64,000 nt of DNA from Hypanus sabinus. Its lineage: Eukaryota. Below, in pieces: positions 37,346 to 50,100 of the stretch (position 1 is the first letter of the stretch; every line of letters begins with the position of its first letter). The notes beneath the pieces were generated by a model. The model was not told where the DNA came from and made no database searches. It saw only the letters and a program-made list of their open reading frames with translations. The position numbers and the translations under genes were made by a program. The stretch covers positions 152,892,001-152,956,000 of the forward strand of contig NC_082710.1 in the NCBI RefSeq assembly GCF_030144855.1, read 5' to 3'.

Positions 37346-39770
37346 ATATTGCTTTGTGCTCATGGTTCCTCACTGGGGTTGGAAAACATCATGGTCTTTG
37401 GGCTCTTGTTAGTGGTGGAAGGTAGTGCTATTATTCTAGAGGAAGAGGGTGAGCACACACAGTGACAGCAATCTAAACACCTCCTGAAGCTATTTACTAC
37501 CCTGATCTAGAACCTGGCCCTTAAAGCACTAATGGCCTTTTTCCCCATAATCATTTTCCAGTTTATTTCACATGAATGAGGACCATAGGGCAAAACTTTC
37601 CAATTTTGTTATGATTCCCAGAGATTCCTTCTTAAGTTTTTATTTCCCCTTCAACCCCACTGATTACTTTTGGTCTCAGCCTTCTTGTGTTCCTGTTTCA
37701 TGGATGTTGGTGAAGAGTAAGAATTTCAGGTTGTACACTGTATACATTCTCTGTTATTAAATGAACCCTTTATTTTTTAAAAAAGCTTTCCTGCTAACTG
37801 TGCAGCTCACCAAGGTACAACAATCCTTTACCATGGCTCAGCTCACCATACAGTGCTGAGCTGATACTTCCCTGCCAACAGCAGTTCTTTCACACTGTAT
37901 GAAACTGATCTCATTCTCTTTTACCTCACTTTCCTTGCATATTCTAATTTTATCATTCTACTTCTTCTTTCCTCATAATGTGGTTCATACCATGATACAT
38001 TTCTTGTTTCTGGTTGTTCCTTGTTGTTTGCTATTTCAGGTGTTTTTGATCAGGGCAGGCTGCAGATAATGAATTCAGTTGAACTGAATATGGCTGGACT
38101 CTTTTCAGTTTTATGTTTTATATTCTGTGTTTTTTACATGTTTTTCTGTTGCTGTTTCTGCATGGAGGGAAGTGTTGATGTTTTTCTTTGAACAGGTTCC
38201 ATGGTTTTCTTTGTTTTATGCTTGTCTGTGGAGAAGATGAATGTTAGGGACATAGACTTATGCTTTGATCATAAATGCACTTTGAATCTGTTACAGTGCT
38301 GGATTTCTGCACTGACCATTTACAACCAGAGCTGTGGCTTGCTGATGTCATGTTACTTTCTGATTCACAATGAAGTATTTGACTGACTGTTCCTTTGCTT
38401 TCTGGTTTCAGAAAAAAGTGACCACTAGTTTCTCATCTTGTGAGCCTCCAACAGACCCATCATGTTGAAGAGTCTTGGCCCAAAACTTTGACTGTATATT
38501 TCCTTACATTGGTCCTGGTGTCAAGCTGAGTTCCTCCAGCTTTTTGTGTGTATATGTCCATCTTTCAAGGCTTTTCCTCTGTGTTCAGCTCCTCGAGGTA
38601 AACACACACCCCACTTTGTCATTACATGCATCACCTTTCCGATCTCCATCCTCCTTTGTTCGACCATCCCACCCTCTCAAAACCTGAAGGGTTATCACTT
38701 CTGTATATTCCACAAGCTACTGGCCCCTGTCCCTCAAGTAACTAGATCCCAAACTTCTTCCCTAAAACTCCTTGCTAATACCCCACTATTCATTACAACC
38801 CTGTGTAGTTTGACGTACTGTATGTCATCACTCTCTGTAGAGTCCTCGCATGCTTACCCAGGTACAAAGATCTAGATCTGTTCTGCACTGTGTGCACCAG
38901 ACACTACCCCACACCATGGTGTCTCTTGCAGTTGGAGATTCCACAGGAGACTGTGTCCAAGCTTACTGATGGATCAGTCTTGAGATGGAGGCTGCCCAGG
39001 TTTGTGAGCTTAAGTTGTACATAGGCCAATGAACTTGATGTTCATAAACATTCCAAATCCCAGAATTTTGACAGTTTGGTGTCTAGCTGACTCATTATCC
39101 CAGGAAGTGAACTGGAGGTCCAGAGTATGGAAGGTGTATGACAGCAAGACATAAGCGTGGGATCCGGCCTTTCAGCCCATCGAGATTGCCATTCAGTTAT
39201 GGTTGATTTATTTTCCCCCTCAAGTCCATTCTGCCTTCTCACTATAACATTTAGTATACTCAAGGACTTCATCATCTCTGCTTTAAATATACCCAAGTTA
39301 CTTGACCTCCACAGCTGTCCATGGGAATGTCTACAGCCAGAGTTTGGGGACCTGACTATGGACAACGTGTGTGGCTGGAGCCAAGGATGGAGTCTAGAAC
39401 ACCAGAGGGTGAACTATGAATTCTTTGCTTCACTTTTGCTTTGTTGCCAAGGTACCGTGCAGAAATACAAAATTAGTAGTGAGAAAAGGAATAACGACAT
39501 ACTGTTTGTAGACCGTTAAGGAACTGAATCATGGAGAACCTGTTCCTGAATTGCTTAGTGAGGGTTTTCAGACTTCTCGACATCATCATACTCTCTCCAT
39601 TGCCAGCACATCCCATAATGTGGTGATCACCAAGTGTGGCCTAACCAATCTTGTAAAGTTGCAACATAATGTACCAACTTTTATATTCTGTGCCAAGACC
39701 CATGAAGGTAACCCTGTAATGTGCCTTCTTCATCACTCTATAGATCTATACACCACTTTTAGGGAACTAT

Positions 39771-41125
39771 TGTAGGGTAACCTGGTTGGGAAAATGTATA
39801 TTATTCATGATTACTGACATTGAGTTGATGTTTCGCTTTAAGAGGCTGGTCTGACACAATGACGTTACATAAAGAATTTTAGTGATATTTTGGAGTTTAA
39901 AATGAGTGATGGGTTTCATTAAACATAAAATGCCTCACATGGTTTTATTTGGAAAAACCTACATTAGTGACCCTGATAATCTCGGACGATTCCAGAGTTA
40001 TTGAACATGTCAGGCAACACAGTAGGTTTGAAACTGCCAAAGTTTTGGGAGCAAAATGCTGTCACTTATTTCATGCATGCTGAGGCCCAGTTCACTCTGC
40101 AAGAAATCACCACCGACGACACCAAATTTTACCATATGGTAGCATCACTCAGCATTTCTATGGATACGAGAGTGGTGAATCTGCTTGAACATCCACCTGA
40201 ACACGATAACTACCAATTGCTGAAAAGTAACCTTTTACCGACTGTTGATTATCAGAGTCTGAACGTGCCAAACAATTGTTTGCCTTATCGAGTCCCCAAA
40301 TGTGAGGATGCCCGCAACTGCGAAACAAAAAATGATGTGGCTGTGCTTTTATCATGTTCGCTTTAGTACGAACACAAAGAAGTGCTGGCTTTTTTCCGCT
40401 TTGACAATTCCAGCACATTGGGACCAATCATACGCTCCCGGGGTCAGACACAGAGTGATTATTCCTCTACACGATCCCATCAAACACTAACGGGGTCAGA
40501 CACAGAGTGATTTTTCCTCTACACGGTCCCATCAAACACTCCCGGGGTCAGACACAGAGTGAGTCTCCCTCCACACCGTCCCATCACACACTCCCGGTAT
40601 CAGACTCAGAGCGGTTATTCCTGTACACGGTCCCATCAATCACTCCCGGGGTCAGACACAGAGTGATTTTTCCTCTACACGGTCCCATCAAACACCCCCG
40701 GGGTCAGACACAGAGTGAATCTCCCTCCACGCGGTCCCATCACACACTCCCGGGGTCCGACACAGAGTGATTATTCCTCTACACGGTCCCATCAAACACT
40801 CCCGGGGTCAGACACATTGGGACATCAGAGATCTGTGAACACTGTGAGTTTCAACTGCCAGGGTTGTCTGCTATTCATTATGGACATCTATTCAAGGCGA
40901 CACTTCCTGTGTGACACATGTGCACAAGTGTATGTGCTGCCAGCATCACCAAGTGATGAGAAGGCAAAGAGCTATGAAATCTTGCTGGAGGCTGACCATG
41001 GCAGCAAGATCCAGTCTTAAAGGACATGACAGGTGACTTCAGTGGGCGACATTACGCATGGGACTTTGTCCTGGCTAAAGTGGCTTTTTACTGCTCAATG
41101 TTGATTTCCTGTGTGTCCAAAGAAA
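39771..41125 (+). mobile_element. Gypsy remnant: 5' LTR, PBS, gag and protease fragments (unit 1)
   Basis: LTR 39771-39963 with TGTAGG...CCTACA ends; tagtgaccctga resembles a degenerate tRNA-Trp PBS (TGGTGACCCCGA); gag LKLPKFW..AEAQF..LCFYH; protease RHFLCDTCAQVYVLP. Confidence 0.8.
40425..40812 (+). repeat. 52-bp satellite block (~7.5 monomers)
   Basis: gtcag anchors at 40443, 40495, 40547, 40599, 40651, 40703, 40755, 40807 (exact 52-bp spacing); monomer ~tcccatcaaacactcccggggtcagacacagagtgatt.ttcctctacacgg. Confidence 0.95.
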
Positions 41126-41289
41126 CTTACTTGAACACATTTGACAAACTCTATTTCATCCAGCCCTTTTACAGTATGGGAAGTGTCAGTCAATATTTGG
41201 AAAATTAAATTCACATATTACCACACCTTATGTTTCTTGCAACAGCGTGCAATCTCTCTACAAATCAGTTCCTGTAAAGCCTGCAGATC

Positions 41290-41700
41290 TTCTCCACTGC
41301 TGGGATGAAGCACAATGCAAACTGGAGGAGCAACATCTTATAGTCAGCCTGGGTTGTTTATAACTCAATGGCATGAATATTTCACCCTCAACCTACTTTA
41401 CTCCCGGTCCCCATATCCCTTTTTTTCGTACTTCTTCCTTTGACCTTCCGGTCCTCCCACTTTTTTTCTCTTTCCCACACCCAACCCTAGCTTCTCACTC
41501 ACCTCCATCCCCACCCCTCCTTTACTCATATATCACCCTTCTTACTTCCCTCCATCAGGTTTCTCATGTACTCACATTGTCATCCTCCATCTGTCATTTA
41601 CCTGCCACTGTCTCCCAGCTGCAATTCCACTCACCTGCTACCTGCTTATCATCTCATACCCTTCCTCAGCCGACCTGTTCCCTCGGGGTCCCTTTTCCAA
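41290..41700 (+). mobile_element. Penelope-like 3' fragment (in each unit)
   Basis: KLEEQHLIVSLGCL.LNGMNI followed by a C/T-rich tail; this explains the spurious 186-aa ORF 41373-41933. Confidence 0.65.
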
Positions 41701-41769
41701 TGACAAATTTCTTTAGTGAAACTGTTCTTCTTTTTCCAACGCATCACTTCACGCTTACACCCATAACAC

Positions 41770-42175
41770 CACTGAGCTATAGAGACAAGCCTGTCATGGT
41801 TTGGAGGCTTGTGTGCCTCAACCATCTGGAGGACTATGTTGTCTGGACTCAGGGATTTAGGTTTTGGCTCTTGATAGGGTCACCATTGCCAAATAGGTCA
41901 AAGGGTAGAGGACAGACAAAGAGAAGACCATAGGTCCTCCAGGTTTGGGGTTTGGCTCTGGGCTAATACCCCTGACTGGTAACACAAAATTGTTCTGGAA
42001 ACAGCAATTAAGAATCCTTCTGCTTCTGAGTGCCATGGTCCACCCAGGACTTCAATGACTGACAGTAGTGAAAACCGAGTAGAAGATACGGTCACGGTGA
42101 AGGGATCCTTGAATACCGCCAGCAATGGAGAACCTCATTGCTGCCCTAAATGCAAGCAGTGTAACAGGCAGTAAG
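41770..42175 (+). mobile_element. RTE-type non-autonomous element (copies ~48994-49399, ~56216-56621)
   Basis: 5' gggtagagg.cagac.aagag..ggtcctccagg motif and 3' ttcattgctgccctaaa.gc.agc.gtgtaacaggcagtaag end, typical of RTE-derived repeats. Confidence 0.55.
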
Positions 42176-42544
42176 CATTCTCCAAAGCCCCTCAGGGTTT
42201 CACACTCATCCATGGATTAGGGGGAACTTACAACAGCCAGTTAAACCAAACAGGGAACATTTTTGAGGCAGGGCAGGAAATTGGAACATCCAGGGGTTGC
42301 AGACTTTTCAATGGAGACACAACGAGGAGAGAGGAATTGGAAGGGTCTCACAAGGTGCCTGCCGCAAAGAATTCAGACTTGCATATTTTTCCTGTAACTC
42401 CTAGGTGTCCTGGTGTCCTCCCTCAACTCAGTGATGTATAGGTTGGTGCATTACTTGGCAACTGTGGCTTGCCCCTTGTGTGTGAGTGAGGGGTACAATC
42501 TGGAGTTGAGGGAGAAGATGATAAGAATCTGGAGTGAATAAAAT

Positions 42545-42730
42545 AACAACTTGCAGCAGCCAGTTTACCTCCCACTCTGCCATGTCTTTGGAATGAGGGA
42601 GGAGCACCCAGCAGATACCCATGGAGTCATAGGAGAAACATGCAAACTGCACACGGATATCACTCAAAATCAGAATTGAACCTGTGTCTACCTTTAAGCT
42701 GCAGGACTACCAGCTGCACCACTCTGCTGG
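42545..42730 (-). mobile_element. V-SINE-type SINE (in each unit)
   Basis: Reverse complement gtgtgcagtttgcatgtttctcctatgactccatgggtatctgctgggtgctcc..tccaaagacatg. Confidence 0.6.
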
Positions 42731-42769
42731 TAGTGCCTTAACAGAAGAATAACAAACGCAAGCCCAATG

Positions 42770-43520
42770 ATCCATAAATCTGATGCCCTCCCTCCTACAC
42801 CAAATCCTTAGCCACAACTGTATAATCTTCCTATTTCTAGCCCCACTGGCAGGTGTTACATAGCAATCGTGAGATCACAACTTTGGAAGACCTGCTTAAC
42901 ACCTAACTCCCTGAACTCCTTTCTATTTCTCTAACAAATCCACTATCACCACAGCTCACATCGTCTTCCCCATTCTCTTATGAATCACAGAGCCAAACTA
43001 AGTGCCAGAGATATGACAGCTGTGACTTTCCTCTACCTAGTCATTCCCCCACCCCCTCCAAAACATCCAAATTGGTATTCCAGTTGTTGATGGCGATGGC
43101 CACAGGAGTACTCTGCACTGGCTGTTTAATCCCATTCCCTTCCTGACTGTCATCTACTTTCCTGTGTCCTGTGCCTTTGATGCAACTACCTCTCTGTATT
43201 TTCTATCTGTCACCCCCTCAGCTTTCCAAATGATCTGGAGTTCATCGAGTTCCAGCCCCAGTTCATTAACATGGGTTGTTAGAAGCTGCAGCTGGGTGCA
43301 CTTCTCATAGGTGTATTCATTAGGGATGCTGGAGGTCTCCCTGCCTTCCCACATCCTGCAAGAAGAGCATTTCACTATCCTGCCTGTCTTCCCTTCTGTT
43401 TTAAATATAAGGAAGGAAAGAACAATAAATTGTTTGGAAAAGTATCTACCTACAGCTCACTGAAACTTCAAAGCTAAAACCTCAAAATCTCCACTCAAAT
43501 GATGGCTGCTCCACGTGCCC
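42770..43520 (-). mobile_element. CR1 5' end / ORF1 fragment (in each unit)
   Basis: ORF 43154-43375 KCSSCRMWEGRETSSIPNEYTYEKCTQLQLLTTHVNELGLELDELQII is a CR1 ORF1 N-terminus. Confidence 0.75.
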
Positions 43521-44112
43521 CTGCCTTCAGTTAACTTGTTCTTGCAAATCAATGCTGATCGCTGATTGGCCATTGCCCAAAACACCAAACCGCCACATGT
43601 CAATGCATTATATACTCAATTGGCAAACTTAAGAGACCTACATCTTCTTAGGCTTCATAACTCTGCTGGAAATATTCAAGATCGCTCAGTACCTGTGGAG
43701 AAAGAAAATATGTTTAGTTTCAGTAGAGTTGAAATAGGAGAGAAAAGTTAGGGTTGGAAGGATAAAGCATAGTAGGGACAGAGCTACTGATCCTTCAATC
43801 TCACACTGACAATTGGTTAAAAATCTTGATGGATCTTCTGTCTTTTGATCTCCAGTGGAAAAGAAAATGAGAGGGGGAAGATTCAGGCAAAGAGTGAAAA
43901 ACAAGAGAATATTGAGAGAGTGAAGATGAATAGAGAGGATATAAGACCATTGATACAGGAATAGGATTGGTCTATTTTGTCCTTCTGGTCTGCTCCATCA
44001 TCAACTCATGGCTGATTATTTTTGAACTCCATTCACCCTTTTTCAATCCAAAACCTTTCACCCCTTTACCAATCGAGAACCTATCAATCTCTGCCTTAAA
44101 TCCCCGAATAAC

Positions 44113-47100
44113 TTTGCTTTCACAGCCCTTAGTGGAAACAAATTCCACAGATTCAGGCTGAAAAAATTCCTCCTCATTCCAGTATTAAAAAGAAGTCCCT
44201 TTATTCAGAAGTGTGCCCTCAGATCCTAGACTCTCCTGCTGATAAAAATATCTTTCCCGTGTTCACTCAATCCAGACCTTTCAGTACCCAGCTGATTTCA
44301 GTGAGATCCCACCCCCCCAACCCATCCTTCTGAATTTCACTCAGTACAAGCCAATAGAGATCAAGCACTTCTCATATATTGAGGAGAGAAGGAGGAATAT
44401 GAGGAATGAGGAAGAAAAGACAAGAGCAGGTGGTCAGAATTGGTTTTGAACCCAAGTAATATAATCATTAGTTACTAACGAAGGTCTAATCTGAGACTGT
44501 GACTGTGACTGAGACTGTGGTGTGGTCAAAGGGAGGGTGGTAGAAGGGAGTACCACACTGTCAGTGTGGCCATAAACTGTGGAGGGGCAAAGAAAAATTG
44601 TGGAGTACTGAAAGAGGGTCATTGCGCAGTCAGTAGACAGATACCATCTGTCATCGGGGCAATGCGCTTTGTTAGCTCTGGGGGATGAAATAAAGAAATG
44701 GCAGTCCATCAGCAATCAGTTGCAGCACATTGGCAGGGAGTAGTTCAGAGGAACACAATATGTGTTTTTCAAAATTAGAAAAGTAAGTTCATTATATACT
44801 ACAAGTATCACATTAAATGAGAAGAGTAGGGAACAGCCACTTCAAATAGGTAAAGAGGGGCTGCATCCTCATACACACCATATACTTGTGGTACACAGTC
44901 TCTTTCAGCCCACAGAAGTGCCAAACAGCTTGGAAACCTATTACAGAGCTCTCTGTGTCAACATTGGGATATTGCTTTGTGCTCATGGTTCCTCACTGGG
45001 GTTGGAAAACATCATGGACTTTGGGCTCTTGTTAGTGGTGGAAGGTAGTGCTATTATTCTAGAGGAAGAGGGTGAGCACACACAGTGACAGCAATCTAAA
45101 CACCTCCTGAAGCTATTTACTACCCTGATCTAGAACCTGGCCCTTAAAGCACTAATGGCCTTTTTCCCCATAATCATTTTCCAGTTTATTTCACATGAAT
45201 GAGGACCATCGGGCAAAACTTTCCAATTTTGTTATGATTCCCAGAGATTCCTTCTTAAGTTTTTATTTCCCCTTCAACCCCACTGATTACTTTTGGTCTC
45301 AGCCTTCTTGTGTTCCTGTTTCATGGATGTTGGTGAAGAGTAAGAATTTCAGGTTGTACACTGTATACATTCTCTGTTATTAAATGAACCCTTTATTTTT
45401 TAAAAAAGCTTTCCTGCTAACTGTGCAGCTCACCAAGGTACAACAATCCTTTACCATGGCTCAGCTCACCATACAGTGCTGAGCTGATACTTCCCTGCCA
45501 ACAGCAGTTCTTTCACACTGTATGAAACTGATCTCATTCTCTTTTACCTCACTTTCCTTGCATATTCTAATTTTATCATTCTACTTCTTCTTTCCTCATA
45601 ATGTGGTTCATACCATGATACATTTCTTGTTTCTGGTTGTTCCTTGTTGTTTGCTATTTCAGGTGTTTTTGATCAGGGCAGGCTGCAGATAATGAATTCA
45701 GTTGAACTGAATATGGCTGGACTCTTTTCAGTTTTATGTTTTATATTCTGTGTTTTTTACATGTTTTTCTGTTGCTGTTTCTGCATGGAGGGAAGTGTTG
45801 ATGTTTTTCTTTGAACAGGTTCCATGGTTTTCTTTGTTTTATGCTTGTCTGTGGAGAAGATGAATGTTAGGGACATAGACTTATGCTTTGATCATAAATG
45901 CACTTTGAATCTGTTACAGTGCTGGATTTCTGCACTGACCATTTACAACCAGAGCTGTGGCTTGCTGATGTCATGTTACTTTCTGATTCACAATGAAGTA
46001 TTTGACTGACTGTTCCTTTGCTTTCTGGTTTCAGAAAAAAGTGACCACTAGTTTCTCATCTTGTGAGCCTCCAACAGACCCATCATGTTGAAGAGTCTTG
46101 GCCCAAAACTTTGACTGTATATTTCCTTACATTGGTCCTGGTGTCAAGCTGAGTTCCTCCAGCTTTTTGTGTGTATATGTCCATCTTTCAAGGCTTTTCC
46201 TCTGTGTTCAGCTCCTCGAGGTAAACACACACCCCACTTTGTCATTACATGCATCACCTTTCCGATCTCCATCCTCCTTTGTTCGACCATCCCACCCTCT
46301 CAAAACCTGAAGGGTTATCACTTCTGTATATTCCACAAGCTACTGGCCCCTGTCCCTCAAGTAACTAGATCCCAAACTTCTTCCCGAAAACTCCTTGCTA
46401 ATACCCCACTATTCATTACAACCCTGTGTAGTTTGACGTACTGTATGTCATCACTCTCTGTAGAGTCCTCGCATGCTTACCCAGGTACAAAGATCTAGAT
46501 CTGTTCTGCACTGTGTGCACCAGACACTACCCCACACCATGGTGTCTCTTGCAGTTTGAGATTCCACAGGAGACTGTGTCCAAGCTTACTGATGGATCAG
46601 TCTTGAGATGGAGGCTGCCCTGGTTTGTGAGCTTAAGTTGTACATAGGCCAATGAACTTGATGTTCATAAACATTCCAAATCCCAGAATTTTGACAGTTT
46701 GGTGTCTAGCTGACTCACTATCCCAGGAAGTGAACTGGAGGTCCAGAGTATGGATAGTGTATGACAGCAAGACATAAGCGTGGGATCCGGCCTTTCAGCC
46801 CATCGAGATTGCAATTCAGTTATGGTTGATTTATTTTCCCCCTCAAGTCCATTCTGCCTTCTCACTATAACATTTAGTATACTCAAGGACTTCATCATCT
46901 CTGCTTTAAATATACCCAAGTTACTTGACCTCCACAGCTGTCCATGGGAATGTCTACAGCCAGAGTTTGGGGACCTGACTATGGACAACGTGTGTGGCTG
47001 GAGCCAAGGATGGAGTCTAGAACACCAGAGGGTGAACTATGAATTCTTTGCTTCACTTTTGCTTTGTTGCCAAGGTACTGTGCAGAAATACAAAATTAGT

Positions 47101-50100
47101 AGTGAGAAAAGGAATAACGACAGACTGTTTGCAGACCGTTAAGAAACTGAATCATGGAGAACCTGTTCCTGAATTGCTTAGTGAGGGTTTTCAGACTTCT
47201 CGACATCATCATAGTCTCTCCATTGCCAGCACATCCCATAATGTGGTAATCACCAAGTGTGGCCTAACCAATCTTGTAAAGTTGCAACATAATGTACCAA
47301 CTTTTATATTCTGTGCCAGGACCCATGAAGGTAACCCTGTAATGTGCCTTCTTCATCACTCTATAGATCTATATACCACTTTTAGGGAACTATTGTAGGG
47401 TAACCTGGTTGGGAAAATGTATATTATTCATGATTACTGACATTGAGTTGATGTTTCGCTTTAAGAGGCTGGTCTGACACAATGACGTTACATAAAGAAT
47501 TTTAGTGATATTTTGGAGTTTAAAATGAGTGATGGGTTTCATTAAACATAAAATGCCTCACATGGTTTTATTTGGAAAAACCTACATTAGTGACCCTGAT
47601 ACTCTCGGACGATTCCAGAGTTATTGAACATGTCAGGCAACACAGTAGGTTTGAAACTGCCAAAGTTTTGGGAGCAAAATGCTGTCACTTATTTCATGCA
47701 TGCTGAGGCCCAGTTCACTCTGCAAGAAATCACCACCGACGACACCAAATTTTGCCATATGGTAGCATCACTCAGCATTTCTATGGATACGAGAGTGGTG
47801 AATCTGCTTGAACATCCACCTGAACACGATAACTACCAATTGCTGAAAAGTAACCTTTTACCGACTGTTGATTATCAGAGTCTGAACGTGCCAAACAATT
47901 GTTTGCCTTATCGAGTCCCCAAATGTGAGGATGCCCGCAACTGCGAAACAAAAAATGATGTGGCTGTGCTTTTATCATGTTCGCTTTAGTACGAACACAA
48001 AGAAGTGCTGGCTTTTTTCCGCTTTGACAATTCCAGCACATTGGGACATCAGAGATCTGTGAACACTGTGAGTTTCAACTGCCAGGGTTGTCTGCTATTC
48101 ATTATGGACATCTATTCAAGGCGACACTTCCTGTGTGACACATGTGCACAAGTGTATGTGCTGCCAGCATCACCAAGTGATGAGAAGGCAAAGAGCTATG
48201 AAATCTTGCTGGAGGTTGACCATGGCAGCAAGATCCAGTCTTAAAGGACATGACAGGTGACTTCAGTGGGCGACATTACGCATGGGACTTTGTCCTGGCT
48301 AAAGTGGCTTTTTACTGCTCAATGTTGATTTCCTGTGTGTCCAAAGAAACTTACTTGAACACATTTGACAAACTCTATTTCATCCAGCCCTTTTACAGTA
48401 TGGGAAGTGTCAGTCAATATTTGGAAAATTAAATTCACATATTACCACACCATATGTTTCTTGCAACAGCGTGCAATCTCTCTACAAATCAGTTCCTGTA
48501 AAGCCTGCAGATCTTCTCCACTGCTGGGATGAAGCACAATGCAAACTGGAGGAGCAACATCTTATAGTCAGCCTGGGTTGTTTATAACTCAATGGCATGA
48601 ATATTTCACCCTCAACCTACTTTACTCCCGGTCCCCATATCCCTTTTTTTCGTACTTCTTCCTTTGACCTTCCGGTCCTCCCACTTTTTTTCTCTTTCCC
48701 ACACCCAACCCTAGCTTCTCACTCACCTCCATCCCCACCCCTCCTTTACTCATATATCACCCTTCTTACTTCCCTCCATCAGGTTTCTCATGTACTCACA
48801 TTGTCATCCTCCATCTGTCATTTACCTGCCACTGTCTCCCAGCTGCAATTCCACTCACCTGCTACCTGCTTATCATCTCATACCCTTCCTCAGCCGACCT
48901 GTTCCCTCGGGGTCCCTTTTCCAATGACAAATTTCTTTAGTGAAACTGTTCTTCTTTTTCCAACGCATCACTTCACGCTTACACCCATAACACCACTGAG
49001 CTATAGAGACAAGCCTGTCATGGTTTGGAGGCTTGTGTGCCTCAACCATCTGGAGGACTATGTTGTCTGGACTCAGGGATTTAGGTTTTGGCTCTTGATA
49101 GGGTCACCATTGCCAAATAGGTCAAAGGGTAGAGGACAGACAAAGAGAAGACCATAGGTCCTCCAGGTTTGGGGTTTGGCTCTGGGCTAATACCCCTGAC
49201 TGGTAACACAAAATTGTTCTGGAAACAGCAATTAAGAATCCTTCTGCTTCTGAGTGCCATGGTCCACCCAGGACTTCAATGACTGACAGTAGTGAAAACC
49301 GAGTAGAAGATACGGTCACGGTGAAGGGATCCTTGAATACCGCCAGCAATGGAGAACCTCATTGCTGCCCTAAATGCAAGCAGTGTAACAGGCAGTAAGC
49401 ATTCTCCAAAGCCCCTCAGGGTTTCACACTCATCCATGGATTAGGGGGAACTTACAACAGCCAGATAAACCAAACAGGGAACATTTTTGAGGCAGGGCAG
49501 GAAATTGGAACATCCAGGGGTTGCAGACTTTTCAATGGAGACACAACGAGGAGAGAGGAATTGGAAGGGTCTCACAAGGTGCCTGCCGCAAAGAATTCAG
49601 ACTTGCATATTTTTCCTGTAACTCCTAGGTGTCCTGGTGTCCTCCCTCAACTCAGTGATGTATAGGTTGGTGCATTACTTGGCAACTGTGGCTTGCCCCT
49701 TGTGTGTGAGTGAGGGGTACAATCTGGAGTTGAGGGAGAAGATGATAATAATCTGGAGTGAATAAAATAACAACTTGCAGCAGCTAGTTTACCTCCCACT
49801 CTGCCATGTCTTTGGAATGAGGGAGGAGCACCCAGCAGATACCCATGGAGTCATAGGAGAAACATGCAAACTGCACACGGATATCACTCAAAATCAGAAT
49901 TGAACCTGTGTCTACCTTTAAGCTGCAGGACTACCAGCTGCACCACTCTGCTGGTAGTGCCTTAACAGAAGAATAACAAACGCAAGCCCAATGATCCATA
50001 AATCTGATGCCCTCCCTCCTACACCAAATCCTTAGCCACAACTGTATAATCTTCCTATTTCTAGCCCCACTGGCAGGTGTTACATAGCAATCGTGAGATC

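Larger units (their letters stand above)
36490..44112 (+). repeat. Tandem segmental duplication, unit 1 (7,623 bp)
   Basis: Offsets to unit 2 are 7,623 before and 7,224/7,222 after the 399-bp satellite insertion (e.g. ORFs 36811/44434, 40001/47624, 41026/48250). Confidence 0.95.

Noticed and set aside
37458-37485. RSS-like CACAGTG + 12 bp after a GSAII motif (possible V segment in each unit)
   Set aside because: The nonamer ACACCTCCT matches only 4/9, there is no YYC or Ig-V framework, and the upstream sequence is antisense Tx1.
38589-38597. 9-nt micro-exon-like CTCCTCGAG between ttttcctctgtgttcAG and GTAAAC in each unit
   Set aside because: No flanking exons or host gene identified; such short matches are expected by chance.
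40425-40812. Regularly spaced repeats superficially like a CRISPR array
   Set aside because: The whole 52-bp monomer is repeated with no unique spacers, there are no cas genes, and the context is eukaryotic.
41373-41933. 186-aa ORF repeated in all three units
   Set aside because: Low-complexity read-through of a Penelope pyrimidine tail into an RTE-type repeat; its conservation only reflects recent duplication.
43555-43575. CTGATTGGCC Y-box in each unit (and at ~35747) suggesting duplicated MHC promoters
   Set aside because: No X box at the correct spacing, no CpG island or leader exon downstream; it sits next to a CR1 5' end.
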